Both the position numbers and the translations under genes were made by a program. Source: a virus (lineage: Duplodnaviria; Caudoviricetes). From it: DNA of 64,000 bases. Shown one piece after another: positions 9,323 through 18,276 of this stretch; position 1 is the stretch's first letter, and every line of letters begins with the position of its first letter. A model generated the notes under the pieces. That model did no database searches. It had not been told where the DNA came from and saw nothing but the letters and a program-made list of their open reading frames with translations. The stretch is taken from positions 2,016 to 66,015 of the IMG/VR virus record IMGVR_UViG_3300049165_000080. One strand, written 5' to 3'.

Positions 9323-9879
9323 TGGCCCGCCCTCAGGTCGTCGCCTTCGAGCACCACGACCGTCGAGCCGTCAGCAAGCCGCGATGTGATCCGCTCGCCC
9401 AGCTTCTCGTCCAGGTTGTCGAGGTTGGAGGTGATGATCGTGGGGCGGGACTGCGCCCACCTCGTGTCGATGACGGGCAGCAGCAGTTCCCGTGTCCACT
9501 CGTTGATCCGAAAGCTGCCCAGGTCATCGAGCGCCAGGACGTCAACCTCGCGCATCTCGCCGAGCCGTTCACGGTCGGCGGGCGGGCCGACGATCTCCTG
9601 CCACTCAGCCTGGCTGCACATCATGATTTCGCCGCCGTATCCGGCTTTGAGGGCGCGTTCCATGACTTCCCAGCTCGACCAGGTCTTGGCGACGCCGGTC
9701 GGTCCGAACAGGACCAGGTTCCCCGCGGTGCGGTCGAACAGGCGCGAACCCCAGTCGGCGATGTCGTCGTGGAGCTCGCCGGCGTGGCGGAGCCGTACGG
9801 GCCGCTTGGCCTGGAAGTCGGCGACGCGCTTACGGCGCCGTGCGGCGCGCCACTCCGACAGGTTGTCGTCGTCGGTCAT
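9319..9879 (-). CDS. DnaC/IstB-like AAA+ helicase loader
   Basis: GPTGVAKT Walker A, LALDDLG Walker B, IITSN, RITSRL. Confidence 0.9.
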   Translation of the reverse strand: MTDDDNLSEWRAARRRKRVADFQAKRPVRLRHAGELHDDIADWGSRLFDRTAGNLVLFGPTGVAKTWSSWEVMERALKAGYGGEIMMCSQAEWQEIVGPPADRERLGEMREVDVLALDDLGSFRINEWTRELLLPVIDTRWAQSRPTIITSNLDNLDEKLGERITSRLADGSTVVVLEGDDLRAGQ

Positions 9880-10889
9880 GATCGCTTCTTTCCGAAGTTC
9901 TTGGCGTTGTTGTAGCCGCCGGCACGCGGCGGCAGGGGCGTGGGGCTCTGGTGGGTCGTGCCGGTGGCGGCCACGGGTGCGCCGCCTCGGGAGTCTCTGG
10001 ACTTGAGCTCCAACTGGCCGTACTGGGCGCGGAACGTCGGCATCGAGTTGATGTTCTTGTGCCAGAAGTGGTCGCGCTGGGTCCAGTCGAGGACGGCGAG
10101 CGCCTCCTGAAGATCGACGCCGTCCTTGTCGAGCAGCAGTCGCGCCTCGGTGCGCCACGCGTCAGTCACCTCCACCGGGCGTTGGCGGTAGTCCTTCTTC
10201 ACCAGCCAGGCGAGGAGGCGGGCGCACATCTGCTCGACGTCTTCGCGGATCTCGGACGAAGAGAGGTTTTCTTTCTTCTTCTTCTTAGAAGAAGAACTTC
10301 TCTTGTCCGGGATTGATCCACTGGCCAGATTGGCCGATGGATCTGAGCTGGGGTTTTCCCCTTCCAGAGGCTCCATTGGCCAGTCTGGCCACAGGTCCTC
10401 CTGTCCACCGGCCAATTTGGCCACTGGATCTGAGCTGCGGGAATGCTCACCCACCGGCCAATTTGGCCACTGGATGACGTCTCCACCGGCCAAATTGGCC
10501 ACTGGATGGAGCTGCTGGTCAGAGCCACTGGCCAAATTGGCCACTGGACCACCGGCCAATTTGGCCACTGGATCTGAGCTGGGGCTAAGCCGAACGGCAT
10601 CGGGCAGCCGCAGCCCCTTCCCATCCACGCGCCGCTGCCGCGCGATGAAGCCGCACTCCTCCAATTGGTCGAGGTAGCGGCGCGCCGAACGACCACTAAC
10701 GAGCGCGTCCATCGCCACCTCCTCCTGACTGGCCGTGCACTCCCACATCTCGTTCACCCGGCGTGCGAGGCACATGAGCACGACCCGCGCGCCGGGGTTG
10801 TTGGCGATCTGCTGAGCCCACGCCCAGTCGATCGCCGCCTGGTTCAGGCCCGCGGCTTGAGAGCCCGCGGGGTCTTGGTCGTCGGTCAC
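9876..10889 (-). CDS. Phage replication initiator (N-terminal wHTH, iteron-encoded linker, C-terminal helical domain)
   Basis: SQEEVAMDALVSGRSARRYLDQLEECGFI wHTH; internal PVAxLAxG repeats; lies upstream of the loader and helicase. Confidence 0.85.
   Translation of the reverse strand: MTDDQDPAGSQAAGLNQAAIDWAWAQQIANNPGARVVLMCLARRVNEMWECTASQEEVAMDALVSGRSARRYLDQLEECGFIARQRRVDGKGLRLPDAVRLSPSSDPVAKLAGGPVANLASGSDQQLHPVANLAGGDVIQWPNWPVGEHSRSSDPVAKLAGGQEDLWPDWPMEPLEGENPSSDPSANLASGSIPDKRSSSSKKKKKENLSSSEIREDVEQMCARLLAWLVKKDYRQRPVEVTDAWRTEARLLLDKDGVDLQEALAVLDWTQRDHFWHKNINSMPTFRAQYGQLELKSRDSRGGAPVAATGTTHQSPTPLPPRAGGYNNAKNFGKKRS
10318..10584. repeat. Iterons: about 7 copies of CCAC(C/T)GGCCAA(A/T)TTGGCCACTGGAT inside the initiator gene; probable lytic origin
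   Basis: Copies near 10318, 10372 (degenerate), 10405, 10451, 10483, 10525 and 10549; palindromic core GGCCAA-N-TTGGCC. Confidence 0.85.
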
Positions 10890-11002
10890 GTACAGCGGCT
10901 CTCTCTCGGTGATGCTCGGGTCGGGACTACGAGAGCTAGGGCCGTCTTCGGGGTTGAGCCACTTCGATCCCCCCTGGTCACTCAGGTGTTCGAGTCCATA
11001 AT

Positions 11003-11056
11003 ACGCACAAAGTGCGTGTTAAGAAGTCCGGTTATGAAGACACGCAGAAGATGCGT
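11003..11056. promoter_or_regulatory. Two ACGCA-N5-TGCGT palindromic operators
   Basis: 11003-11017 and 11042-11056, in the AT-richer divergent gap. Confidence 0.65.
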
Positions 11057-11102
11057 GTTTTATCATCAAGTTGTGGTAACGGGCACATGAGACGCTGAAG
11101 GA

Positions 11103-11345
11103 GTGGACTCCGAGATGACCGCCGAGCTTGTAGAAGCCGCGACCGCCTACAACGAGGCGCCCAAGCGGCTGCGTGAAGCGATCGTCCAGGCCGCTGAGAC
11201 GCACGACGCCACCGCCGTCGAGATCGCCCGCGCCATCAACTTCACGTACTCCGTCGACTACATAGCGAAGATCGTGCGAGAGGCCGGCGTCTCCCGGCCG
11301 CGCGGTCGCCGTAGGCGCACCCCGCCCGAGCCCTCCTCCGACTGA
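11103..11345 (+). CDS. Small HTH regulator
   Basis: TAVEIARAINFTYSVDYIAKIVR; divergent from the replication operon. Confidence 0.7.
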   Translation: MDSEMTAELVEAATAYNEAPKRLREAIVQAAETHDATAVEIARAINFTYSVDYIAKIVREAGVSRPRGRRRRTPPEPSSD

Positions 11346-11350
11346 CCTGT

Positions 11351-12160
11351 TCACGCCGCGGCCTCCCTATCCCGCCGCTTACGCAGCTCGGCCGCCCGGT
11401 GGCGGCGCCGGTCGTACTCGCGGGAGGCGGCCACCACCAGCGGCGACCGCTCGCCTTGGCGGCGGTGCGCGTGGTTGCAGCGCCGCAACTCCTGCTCGTC
11501 CATCAGCGCGACGCGGCGGCGCAGCTCCGCTTCGAGGTCGGCGTCCGGCAGGTCGATCAGGTCGTCGTCCCAGCCGGCAGGTGGCGGCCAGTCGTTACGG
11601 GCCGCCATCGACCGGGCCAGGGTCGCCCCTGGCGAGGGCGGCGCCGCGGTCGTCGACAGCCGGTCGTACAGGTCGCGGACCGCCCGCGCCGTCTCGGCGG
11701 ACACGCGAGGGTTGCGCGGCACCTTGTAGTAGTTGGTGACGCTGCGGCCGAGCTGGGCGGCCTGGTCGCTCAGCGAGTAGCCGAGTGCGATCAGGGCTTG
11801 AACCCGGCGGCGGGTGCCCGCGGCGTCGACTAATGCCCGGCCGGGGAGGGCGTCCAGGTCGAACGTGACCGCGAGCAGAGAATCCGCGGTGATCGCGAGC
11901 GGGCCGCGGACGTGCCCTCCGGCCATCAGGTCGATCACGCAGGCGTGTGAGACGCCCGCCAGATCGGCGATGGCGTACTTGGACAGGCCGCGCGCCATCA
12001 GCCCGGCAACGTGCGCGCGTACCACCTCGGGGTCTCTGTAGGAGGACCAGCGGCCGTAGGCGATCAGCCGGTTGCGGTTGGCCTTGTAGCGGTTCTTCGC
12101 CGCCCTGCACGAGACGCACCGGCAATTGCGGCTTGTGGTGCCGTGCTTGGTCTCGGCCAT
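11351..12160 (-). CDS. HTH-containing phage protein
   Basis: LSKYAIADLAGVS HTH, GTRRRVQALIALGYS, PPAGWDDD; N-terminal CRCVSC. Confidence 0.75.
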   Translation of the reverse strand: MAETKHGTTSRNCRCVSCRAAKNRYKANRNRLIAYGRWSSYRDPEVVRAHVAGLMARGLSKYAIADLAGVSHACVIDLMAGGHVRGPLAITADSLLAVTFDLDALPGRALVDAAGTRRRVQALIALGYSLSDQAAQLGRSVTNYYKVPRNPRVSAETARAVRDLYDRLSTTAAPPSPGATLARSMAARNDWPPPAGWDDDLIDLPDADLEAELRRRVALMDEQELRRCNHAHRRQGERSPLVVAASREYDRRRHRAAELRKRRDREAAA

Positions 12161-12603
12161 CACGCCACCACGCCTTCGCGGCGGCGCTCGGTGTAGCAGG
12201 GGATACAGCGCCCCATCAGCCCGTCCGCGGCAGCGCTGTCCTTGTAGTACTCGGCCGCCGGTTTGGCTTCGCCACAGTCCTTGCACGCCTTGTCGTCGGC
12301 AGTCTCGGACCGGCTGCCGGCCCGCCGTGCCCGCCGGCGCTTCTCGGAGGCGCGCTCATCCTCGGTGAGGCCCCCGTAGATACCGTGTTTTTCCGGGTTG
12401 GTGATCGCATAGTCCAAGCACTGCCGGCGAACGGGACAGCCGGAGCACACCTTCTTGGCCTGCGCTTCGCGCCGATCCCTCTCCGGCTGGCGTTCACCGT
12501 CAGCGCCGAAGAACAGGTAGATGTCGAAGGTTCGGCAGGCGGCGCCGAGCCTCCAGCCGTGACCGCCTGCGGGAGGGTCGGGGCGGATCGATCGCCTGGT
12601 CAT
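12160..12603 (-). CDS. whiB: WhiB family Fe-S transcription factor with C-terminal CxxC extension
   Basis: AAC...FF...AKKVCSGCPVRRQC...GIYGG; then CKDC and CIPC. Confidence 0.93.
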   Translation of the reverse strand: MTRRSIRPDPPAGGHGWRLGAACRTFDIYLFFGADGERQPERDRREAQAKKVCSGCPVRRQCLDYAITNPEKHGIYGGLTEDERASEKRRRARRAGSRSETADDKACKDCGEAKPAAEYYKDSAAADGLMGRCIPCYTERRREGVVA

Positions 12604-12615
12604 GATTCCTCCGTC

Positions 12616-12783
12616 TCAAGGTCTTCCGTCGAGTGCGGCGAGGTCCGCGGCGAGCCGCCACGCCCGCAGTTCGACCTCTGCTCCGGCCCGTACGAGGGCA
12701 GGAGCGGACTCGTCGCGGGCGGCTGCTTCCAGGCAGGGGATGTGGCGAGCGATCCGGTCGAGGTGCTCGGCGAGGTCATGCAC
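12616..12783 (-). CDS. Hypothetical protein
   Basis: Short operon-oriented ORF with GTG start. Confidence 0.45.
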   Translation of the reverse strand: MHDLAEHLDRIARHIPCLEAAARDESAPALVRAGAEVELRAWRLAADLAALDGRP

Positions 12784-12982
12784 GGCTGCTCCTGAATGTC
12801 CAGCGGGGAGCGAGTGACGTGGACACATGCCACAGCTGGCCGCACTGGTAGACGGATGTCCGCGCGTCGGGGTGGAAGGTCTTGCCTGCCCGGCGGGCGT
12901 CCCGCCGGGTCACGTAGGAGACCTTGCCGCAGCCGGAGCAGGCCCCGACGTGAGCGCGGAACGAAGGGATGGCGTCACCCAT
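12776..12982 (-). CDS. Small Zn-finger-like protein
   Basis: CSGCGKVSY...ARRA...YQCGQLWHV. Confidence 0.55.
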   Translation of the reverse strand: MGDAIPSFRAHVGACSGCGKVSYVTRRDARRAGKTFHPDARTSVYQCGQLWHVSTSLAPRWTFRSSRA

Positions 12983-13127
12983 CGCTGGCCTCCTGCTGGT
13001 CGGGAAGGCCGAACAAGGCGTCGTCTTGCGGGTCGTCGGCTCGGGCATCACACGCCGGCCAGTGCTCTACCGGTGTGTGGCCGTCTATGGCGGCCTGCTG
13101 GCAGCAGGGGCGAAGGTCGGGGGTCAT
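12975..13127 (-). CDS. Small hypothetical protein
   Basis: MTPDLRPCC; ATGA coupling to the upstream gene. Confidence 0.45.
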   Translation of the reverse strand: MTPDLRPCCQQAAIDGHTPVEHWPACDARADDPQDDALFGLPDQQEASDG

Positions 13128-13840
13128 GCGGCGGCCTCCGCGAACAGGTCGAGCTGCTCGGGCTGCGGCGCCGGCGCGACGTGACAAGGGCAGGGGCAGA
13201 GCCACCGGCAAACCCGGTCGGCCAGCAGCACCACGGCCAGGGTTCCGCGCCGGGCGCCGGTCGGGGACGGCGTCGGGTGGGTGAACGGGGCGGGAAGGTG
13301 GAGCGGGTGGATGCCGGTCCGGTCGCAGATCAGCGTCTCCCACGTGAACTGCGGGGTCGCCCGGTGGCACCGCTCGTGCTGGTTGGTGTCGGGGCTGCAC
13401 CAGTGGGTTGCCTCGTACTGGCAGGCGCAGGAGACTGCGGCGAGCGGGGCGTCGCGGTGCTGCTTGCGCATGCCGTTCGTCCAGGCGTGCTCCCGGACCC
13501 AAGCGGCCTCGCCCTGCGTCATCTGACGCGGGCACGGGCAAGGGCACAGCGACCGACACGCCCGGTCGGCGTACCAGACCGCCGTGGGCGGGATGTAGTC
13601 CAGCGGCCGGTTCTTGATCCACCACTCGGGGCGCGGCCGGATCGCCCATCGGTCGCAGAACTCGTGACGGCCGGTGGAGCACATCCCGCAGACGCCGGCC
13701 ATGCACTCGCAGACCGAGGCGGACAGGGCCGCGTCGTAGGTGTAGCCGTCTGGACCGCACCAGAGCTGGCGGCGCATGAAGGGCAGCCAGGCGAACTCAC
13801 GGATCCATGTGGCCTGCAGGGAGGTCATTGGGTCGGTCAC
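13124..13840 (-). CDS. Two-repeat Cys/His-rich protein (DUF6248-like)
   Basis: WIREFAW...ADRACRSLCPCPC and WVREHAW...ADRVCRWLCPCPC. Confidence 0.7.
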   Translation of the reverse strand: MTDPMTSLQATWIREFAWLPFMRRQLWCGPDGYTYDAALSASVCECMAGVCGMCSTGRHEFCDRWAIRPRPEWWIKNRPLDYIPPTAVWYADRACRSLCPCPCPRQMTQGEAAWVREHAWTNGMRKQHRDAPLAAVSCACQYEATHWCSPDTNQHERCHRATPQFTWETLICDRTGIHPLHLPAPFTHPTPSPTGARRGTLAVVLLADRVCRWLCPCPCHVAPAPQPEQLDLFAEAAA

Positions 13841-14046
13841 GGCTTCTCGCCCTCCTCCAGTGCCTTGATGTCGGCCCACAGTCGCTTCAGGGCGTCCGGG
13901 GACAGCTCGTCAAGGTCTGGCAGGGGCCGCTTGGCCTCGCGGCGCTCGCGCAGGCTGGTGCGCGCCCACATGACGGCGCCGGCCGCGAACACGGCCACGA
14001 CGAGGGCGCCGATCCCGGTGAGGATGTCGCGGATCAGGTCAGCCAC
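13837..14046 (-). CDS. Small membrane protein
   Basis: One N-terminal hydrophobic helix. Confidence 0.6.
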   Translation of the reverse strand: MADLIRDILTGIGALVVAVFAAGAVMWARTSLRERREAKRPLPDLDELSPDALKRLWADIKALEEGEKP

Positions 14047-14302
14047 GGTCGCCTCGCTCCGCGTCCCATCGCATGAACTCGGGGACGTCCTCGTCGGCGA
14101 GCTGCCGCCGGAGGGTGGTCGGCTCGGAGGCGGCCAGCCAAGCCGCCACCTCGGTACGGTCCAGGGCGAGGTTGTGGGCGGGGTCGGCCATCTCGGCGAG
14201 CGTGAAGCGGCGGCCGAGCCCGAAGCCGACCACCAAGGTGAATGCTGCGAACAGCACGCCGGCCGCGAAGCCGGACACGACGGCCTGCCCGATGGTGATC
14301 AC
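14039..14302 (-). CDS. Small membrane protein
   Basis: N-terminal TM helix; coupled ORFs. Confidence 0.6.
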   Translation of the reverse strand: MITIGQAVVSGFAAGVLFAAFTLVVGFGLGRRFTLAEMADPAHNLALDRTEVAAWLAASEPTTLRRQLADEDVPEFMRWDAERGDRG

Positions 14303-14580
14303 GGCTTGCCCTCCATCCGCTCGTGCAGGAGGGCGACGGCGTCGGAGCGGCGGAGCTGCTCGACCTCGGCGGCCAGCCGCTCGTTCTCCACGACCAGCTC
14401 GGCGTTCGCCTTCTGCGACCGCGCCAGAGCCCTCTCAGCCGAGCGGGTGTCGGCGTCCTTGCCGCGACCCCAGAACCACCACACGCCGGCGTTAGCGGCA
14501 GCGATAGCGGCCAGAGCGGCGATGAGCAGCAGGCCGGCCCAGTCCCCCGTCGAAGCCAGGATGTGAACGGCACCCCACAT
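14299..14580 (-). CDS. Membrane-anchored coiled-coil protein
   Basis: TM helix followed by heptads. Confidence 0.55.
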   Translation of the reverse strand: MWGAVHILASTGDWAGLLLIAALAAIAAANAGVWWFWGRGKDADTRSAERALARSQKANAELVVENERLAAEVEQLRRSDAVALLHERMEGKP

Positions 14581-14792
14581 CACTTGAGGACCTCCTGTGC
14601 GCCCGCGTTGAAGGCCGCATTGATGGCCTTCAACGCGTGGTAGGCCAGGGCGATAGCGAGCGAGGAGCCGTAGCCGATCGGAGGGATGGCCGGGGATACC
14701 TCGTGGTGCAGGACGCCGACCAGAAGCATCAGCGCCCACGCCGACGCTGCGATGCCGGGGATGGTGAGCAGGATGGCGAGGAACCACTTCAC
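14580..14792 (-). CDS. Small two-TM membrane protein
   Basis: Two hydrophobic segments. Confidence 0.6.
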   Translation of the reverse strand: MKWFLAILLTIPGIAASAWALMLLVGVLHHEVSPAIPPIGYGSSLAIALAYHALKAINAAFNAGAQEVLK

Positions 14793-15160
14793 GATGTCTC
14801 ACCGCCGTCCGGCTCGCGCTTGAACAGGGCGCGGATCTCTTCGATCGCGAACGTCAGCCGCTCGGCACGGATCGGGTCGCTGTCGGCGACGGCATCCCGC
14901 AACGTGCCGAGTTCGCCGACTCTGCGGATGGCGGTGCGCATCAGACTGCGCGTCCGGTTTGCGGATCTGTCGGCCCGGTCCTTCTGTGCGGCCAGGCGTG
15001 CGGCCCAGTCGGCGGCGGCTGACTCCATCTCGGCGAGTTCGGCGTTGAGCCGCTCCACTTCGGCCCGCATCGCATACGCCTCGTCCCGCAACCGGATCGG
15101 GTCCGTGTCCACGAGAGCGTCGAGTTCTCCGTGCGAGGGCAGCTTGATCGGCTCAGCCAT
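14789..15160 (-). CDS. Coiled-coil hypothetical protein
   Basis: Heptad pattern; operon chain. Confidence 0.6.
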   Translation of the reverse strand: MAEPIKLPSHGELDALVDTDPIRLRDEAYAMRAEVERLNAELAEMESAAADWAARLAAQKDRADRSANRTRSLMRTAIRRVGELGTLRDAVADSDPIRAERLTFAIEEIRALFKREPDGGETS

Positions 15161-15695
15161 CGGCCTGCCCGCCGTCCTGGTCTGCCTGAGCGGCCTCGCG
15201 AGCCTCCAGGACGGCGTAGTACTCGCTGAGCTTCACCGGCTGCCACACAGTGAGGTCGACCCGGTCCTCCGGGATGGGCCTGGACCAGGTGGCGTACAGG
15301 GCCTCGTCGATGACCTCCAGGCCGCATGTGAGCATGGCCAGGCTGACGAAGCACTCCTTCGGCATGCCGGGCATCGCGTCGCGCGGGTCCGGCTGATGCA
15401 GCTCCGCGAGGCGGGCGTCGATCGCCTTGCCCGCCTTCTTGGCCAGGCGCGGCATCAGGTAGCCGGTGCGGGAGTCGACTCGCCACCCGTCTGGGACGTC
15501 GTCCCCCTGCTCGTGGCTGATGCCGAGGACGCGGCCGGAATGCCCGACGTAGACGCTGCGGGTGCCGAACCCGTGCTCGTCGAGGAACGCCTTCATCTGC
15601 TCGCCCCACGCCTCGCGGGCGGCGGTGGTGTGCCAGGCGATGATCGCGGTGGCGGCGGTGGTGCGGTACACGGTCTTCGTTGCGTACTCGCTCAT
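15153..15695 (-). CDS. Hypothetical protein
   Basis: Coupled ORF with GC-third-position bias. Confidence 0.65.
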   Translation of the reverse strand: MSEYATKTVYRTTAATAIIAWHTTAAREAWGEQMKAFLDEHGFGTRSVYVGHSGRVLGISHEQGDDVPDGWRVDSRTGYLMPRLAKKAGKAIDARLAELHQPDPRDAMPGMPKECFVSLAMLTCGLEVIDEALYATWSRPIPEDRVDLTVWQPVKLSEYYAVLEAREAAQADQDGGQADG

Positions 15696-16138
15696 GAGGC
15701 GTCGCCCCTGTCTGCCTGAGCGGCCTCGTAGGCGTCGGCCATCGCAGCGAGATGGGCGGCAAGCTCACGCGCTCCCGCCGGGTCCAGGTCCCACACGTCT
15801 ACGCCGCGCGGGTTGAACAGGATTCCGTCCGAGGTCAGCGACAGAAGGTCTCCGCCGTCATCCCACGTCAGCCCGAGCTTGGCGGGATGCTCCAGCACGA
15901 TCGGGACTGCCTCGCCCGGCAGGACGACCGCCCGGAAGTGGACTCTCGGGAGCTTCGTCGCGTAGTCGGTGGCGTACGGCTCGATCTCGATCCGCACCAC
16001 GTTGCCGCTCGCCGACAGGGACGGATGCCAGTAGTTGCCGTCGTGGTAGTCGTTGTCGCCCATGGTCAGCATCTCGGCGACGTTCTCCGGCGTGGGAGGA
16101 GTGGCCGCGACCGGCGTCTCGGGGGTTTCGGTGCTCAC
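15692..16138 (-). CDS. Hypothetical protein
   Basis: Coupled ORF with GTG start. Confidence 0.6.
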   Translation of the reverse strand: MSTETPETPVAATPPTPENVAEMLTMGDNDYHDGNYWHPSLSASGNVVRIEIEPYATDYATKLPRVHFRAVVLPGEAVPIVLEHPAKLGLTWDDGGDLLSLTSDGILFNPRGVDVWDLDPAGARELAAHLAAMADAYEAAQADRGDAS

Positions 16139-16304
16139 CGGGGGGTCCTCTCGTACGGGCGGATGGTGGGGCGGGTGGTGCGGGGACGGGTGAAGTCCTC
16201 GGCGTCGGGCACGGGAGGGCAGATGCTGGCCATCGACCAGCCCGTGAACGATCCGCGCCGCGCCGCGCGACGGCAGCGCCGGCCGGTGTGGCGAGAGAAG
16301 AGGC

Positions 16305-16715
16305 TCATGAGACGGCCCCGGAACGCTCCAGCTCGTCGTGAGCGGCGGCGAACCGGTCCAGGCTGGCGTCCGGGGCGTGAGACATCTCCCCGCCGAACGG
16401 GGGGACGTTCACTCCAGCGGCGGAGAGCAGGTCGGCGTAACCCTTGGCGACGTCCTGGGCGGCGCGGGCCTGGTTCTCGGCGGTCCGCTTCTCGCCGTCC
16501 TTCTCGATCGTCCGGACCTGCAGCTCGCTGATCTCCTTCTCCAGTTGGGCGATCTCCTCGCCCAACTGGACGGACAGGCCGCCCTGGACGGTGGCGTAGC
16601 GGGCCGCCTCCTCATGCTTGGCGAGGATCTCCGTCACCACTCGCTGGCCGGCTTCCGGGCTGGCGAACACGACGGGCGGCAGCGGGGTGGCGATCTGATC
16701 GTTCTTGCGGTTCAC
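16305..16715 (-). CDS. Coiled-coil hypothetical protein
   Basis: AGGAG RBS, heptads. Confidence 0.6.
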   Translation of the reverse strand: MNRKNDQIATPLPPVVFASPEAGQRVVTEILAKHEEAARYATVQGGLSVQLGEEIAQLEKEISELQVRTIEKDGEKRTAENQARAAQDVAKGYADLLSAAGVNVPPFGGEMSHAPDASLDRFAAAHDELERSGAVS

Positions 16716-16790
16716 GGTTGCTCCTGAGTCAGGTGTGGTCTGGTTTGGCTTGCACGCCTCCCGGAGGAGGCGAGCAAGCAGGGGGGAAGG

Positions 16791-17183
16791 TCAGGCGGGA
16801 GGGAGTGCGGTCACGTGCCGCGTGGCCACGAGAACCAGCCGGGGCGGCAGTTCCCACCGGTCACGCTTGCGCCGCTCGTCAGGCCGCCGCTCGCACACGT
16901 CGGCGGCGAACATCCTGAGCGTCACGAGAAGGCCCTCTATGGCACCGTGCACGTGCACCCAGGCACTGTCCGTGCCTCGGTTGAGCAGGAGGCGGATCTC
17001 GGGCTCGTCCATCTCGTAGATGACCGCTTCGGCGAGCCGGATCTGCTCCTCGCGAGGAAGAGCTCGCGCGCCGTACTGGTGAAGGTCGATCTCCAGGCCA
17101 TAGCCGGGAGGCAGCGACGGGTGCTCTGCGTACAGTCCGCCGAGGGTTTCGAGCCCGCGCGAGATGGCGAGGTTGTCGGTCAT
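16791..17183 (-). CDS. Hypothetical protein
   Basis: Coupled to the antirepressor stop. Confidence 0.6.
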   Translation of the reverse strand: MTDNLAISRGLETLGGLYAEHPSLPPGYGLEIDLHQYGARALPREEQIRLAEAVIYEMDEPEIRLLLNRGTDSAWVHVHGAIEGLLVTLRMFAADVCERRPDERRKRDRWELPPRLVLVATRHVTALPPA

Positions 17184-17968
17184 GCGATCTCCCCGATGGC
17201 GAACAGGGCGGACTGGTGGTTGAAGTGCTTGACCAGCCGCTTACGCAGCCAGTCGAGCCCTTCAGGGGTGACGCGGGTGGTGGGCGTCGAGTCGTTGCCC
17301 GCCTTGGTCGGGATGACCTTGAAGTAGCGATCCAAGGGCTTGACCTGGTACGGCGTGTTGTTCGCCTTGAGGATCTTCAGGTCGTCCGAGCGGAGCAGAT
17401 CAAGGAAGTTGTTACGGCCCAGACCGCCCGTGATGCGGGAGAAGATCTGCGCCACGGCCGCCCAGTCGAACGTGCCGTCCGCTTCCATCAGGTCCGCGTA
17501 CGCCTCAGCCAGAGGCAGCAGCTCGTCGCGCTGCTTCTCTGCGACAGCGCGGGCCTCAACCTCGTCAGCGAGGCGACGGAGCGCCGCCGCGTAGTCCTCG
17601 GGGATGGCCGGCCTCGCCTGCGCCACCAGTTCGCCGCGACGCAGCGCCGGGAGGACTTCGGCGAACACCCACTTCTGGAAGCGGGTCACCTGCTCGCGGA
17701 TGGCCCCGTTCTTGATCCGCGCGGTCTGACGCTGGCCCAGCACCCGATAGAAGCCCGCCTCCGTGACGTGCCACATCTTCTGCTCGCCGCCAAGGGTGGG
17801 AGCTGTCTCCCACCCTTTCTCGTCCTCGGGAACCGTGCGGAGCATGTCCTTGGCCGCGTGAAAGGCGAGCGACCGGGCGAGACCGGGAGCCTGGATCTTG
17901 AACGAGTCCCCGACTGGAGTGATCTCCAGGTTGAACTCGCCGTTGTCGAAGAGCTGGATCTCGCTCAT
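17180..17968 (-). CDS. Phage antirepressor (BRO-N plus KilA-C/ANT domain)
   Basis: WHVTEAGFYR...FQKWVFAEVLPALRRG; PEDYAAALRRLAD; TTRVTPEG. Confidence 0.9.
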   Translation of the reverse strand: MSEIQLFDNGEFNLEITPVGDSFKIQAPGLARSLAFHAAKDMLRTVPEDEKGWETAPTLGGEQKMWHVTEAGFYRVLGQRQTARIKNGAIREQVTRFQKWVFAEVLPALRRGELVAQARPAIPEDYAAALRRLADEVEARAVAEKQRDELLPLAEAYADLMEADGTFDWAAVAQIFSRITGGLGRNNFLDLLRSDDLKILKANNTPYQVKPLDRYFKVIPTKAGNDSTPTTRVTPEGLDWLRKRLVKHFNHQSALFAIGEIA

Positions 17969-18180
17969 GCGGCCGGCCTCTCGGTGACGGCCATCTGGCG
18001 GCGCTTCTCGTACTTCTCGATCGACGCGAGGAACACCCTGACGGGCGAGTTGCGCGCCTCGCCCAGCTTGATCGCTTCGATCTCGCCCGAGCGGATGCGC
18101 TTGAGCAGCGTCGGACGGCTGATGTCGAGGCGTCCACAGGCTTGCGCGGGGGACAGATACAAGTCGCTCACTCCCTTCAT
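17965..18180 (-). CDS. Excisionase-like HTH_17 protein
   Basis: YLSPAQACGRLDISRPTLLKRIRSGEIEAIKLG. Confidence 0.85.
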   Translation of the reverse strand: MKGVSDLYLSPAQACGRLDISRPTLLKRIRSGEIEAIKLGEARNSPVRVFLASIEKYEKRRQMAVTERPAA

Positions 18181-18276
18181 ACTCTTTCCATCTCTTGCCA
18201 ACTCTAGACGCACTTAGTCACCCATGGGAAGGGAAAACGACCAGAGACCTCTAGCCATCTCTGTACACATGGATGT

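Noticed and set aside
7850-10006. Long plus-strand ORFs (also 12827-14566, 44460-45602, 56977-58674, 61036-62418 and similar)
   Set aside because: Shadow frames antisense to clearly recognisable genes, expected in ~70% GC DNA; they carry no motifs.
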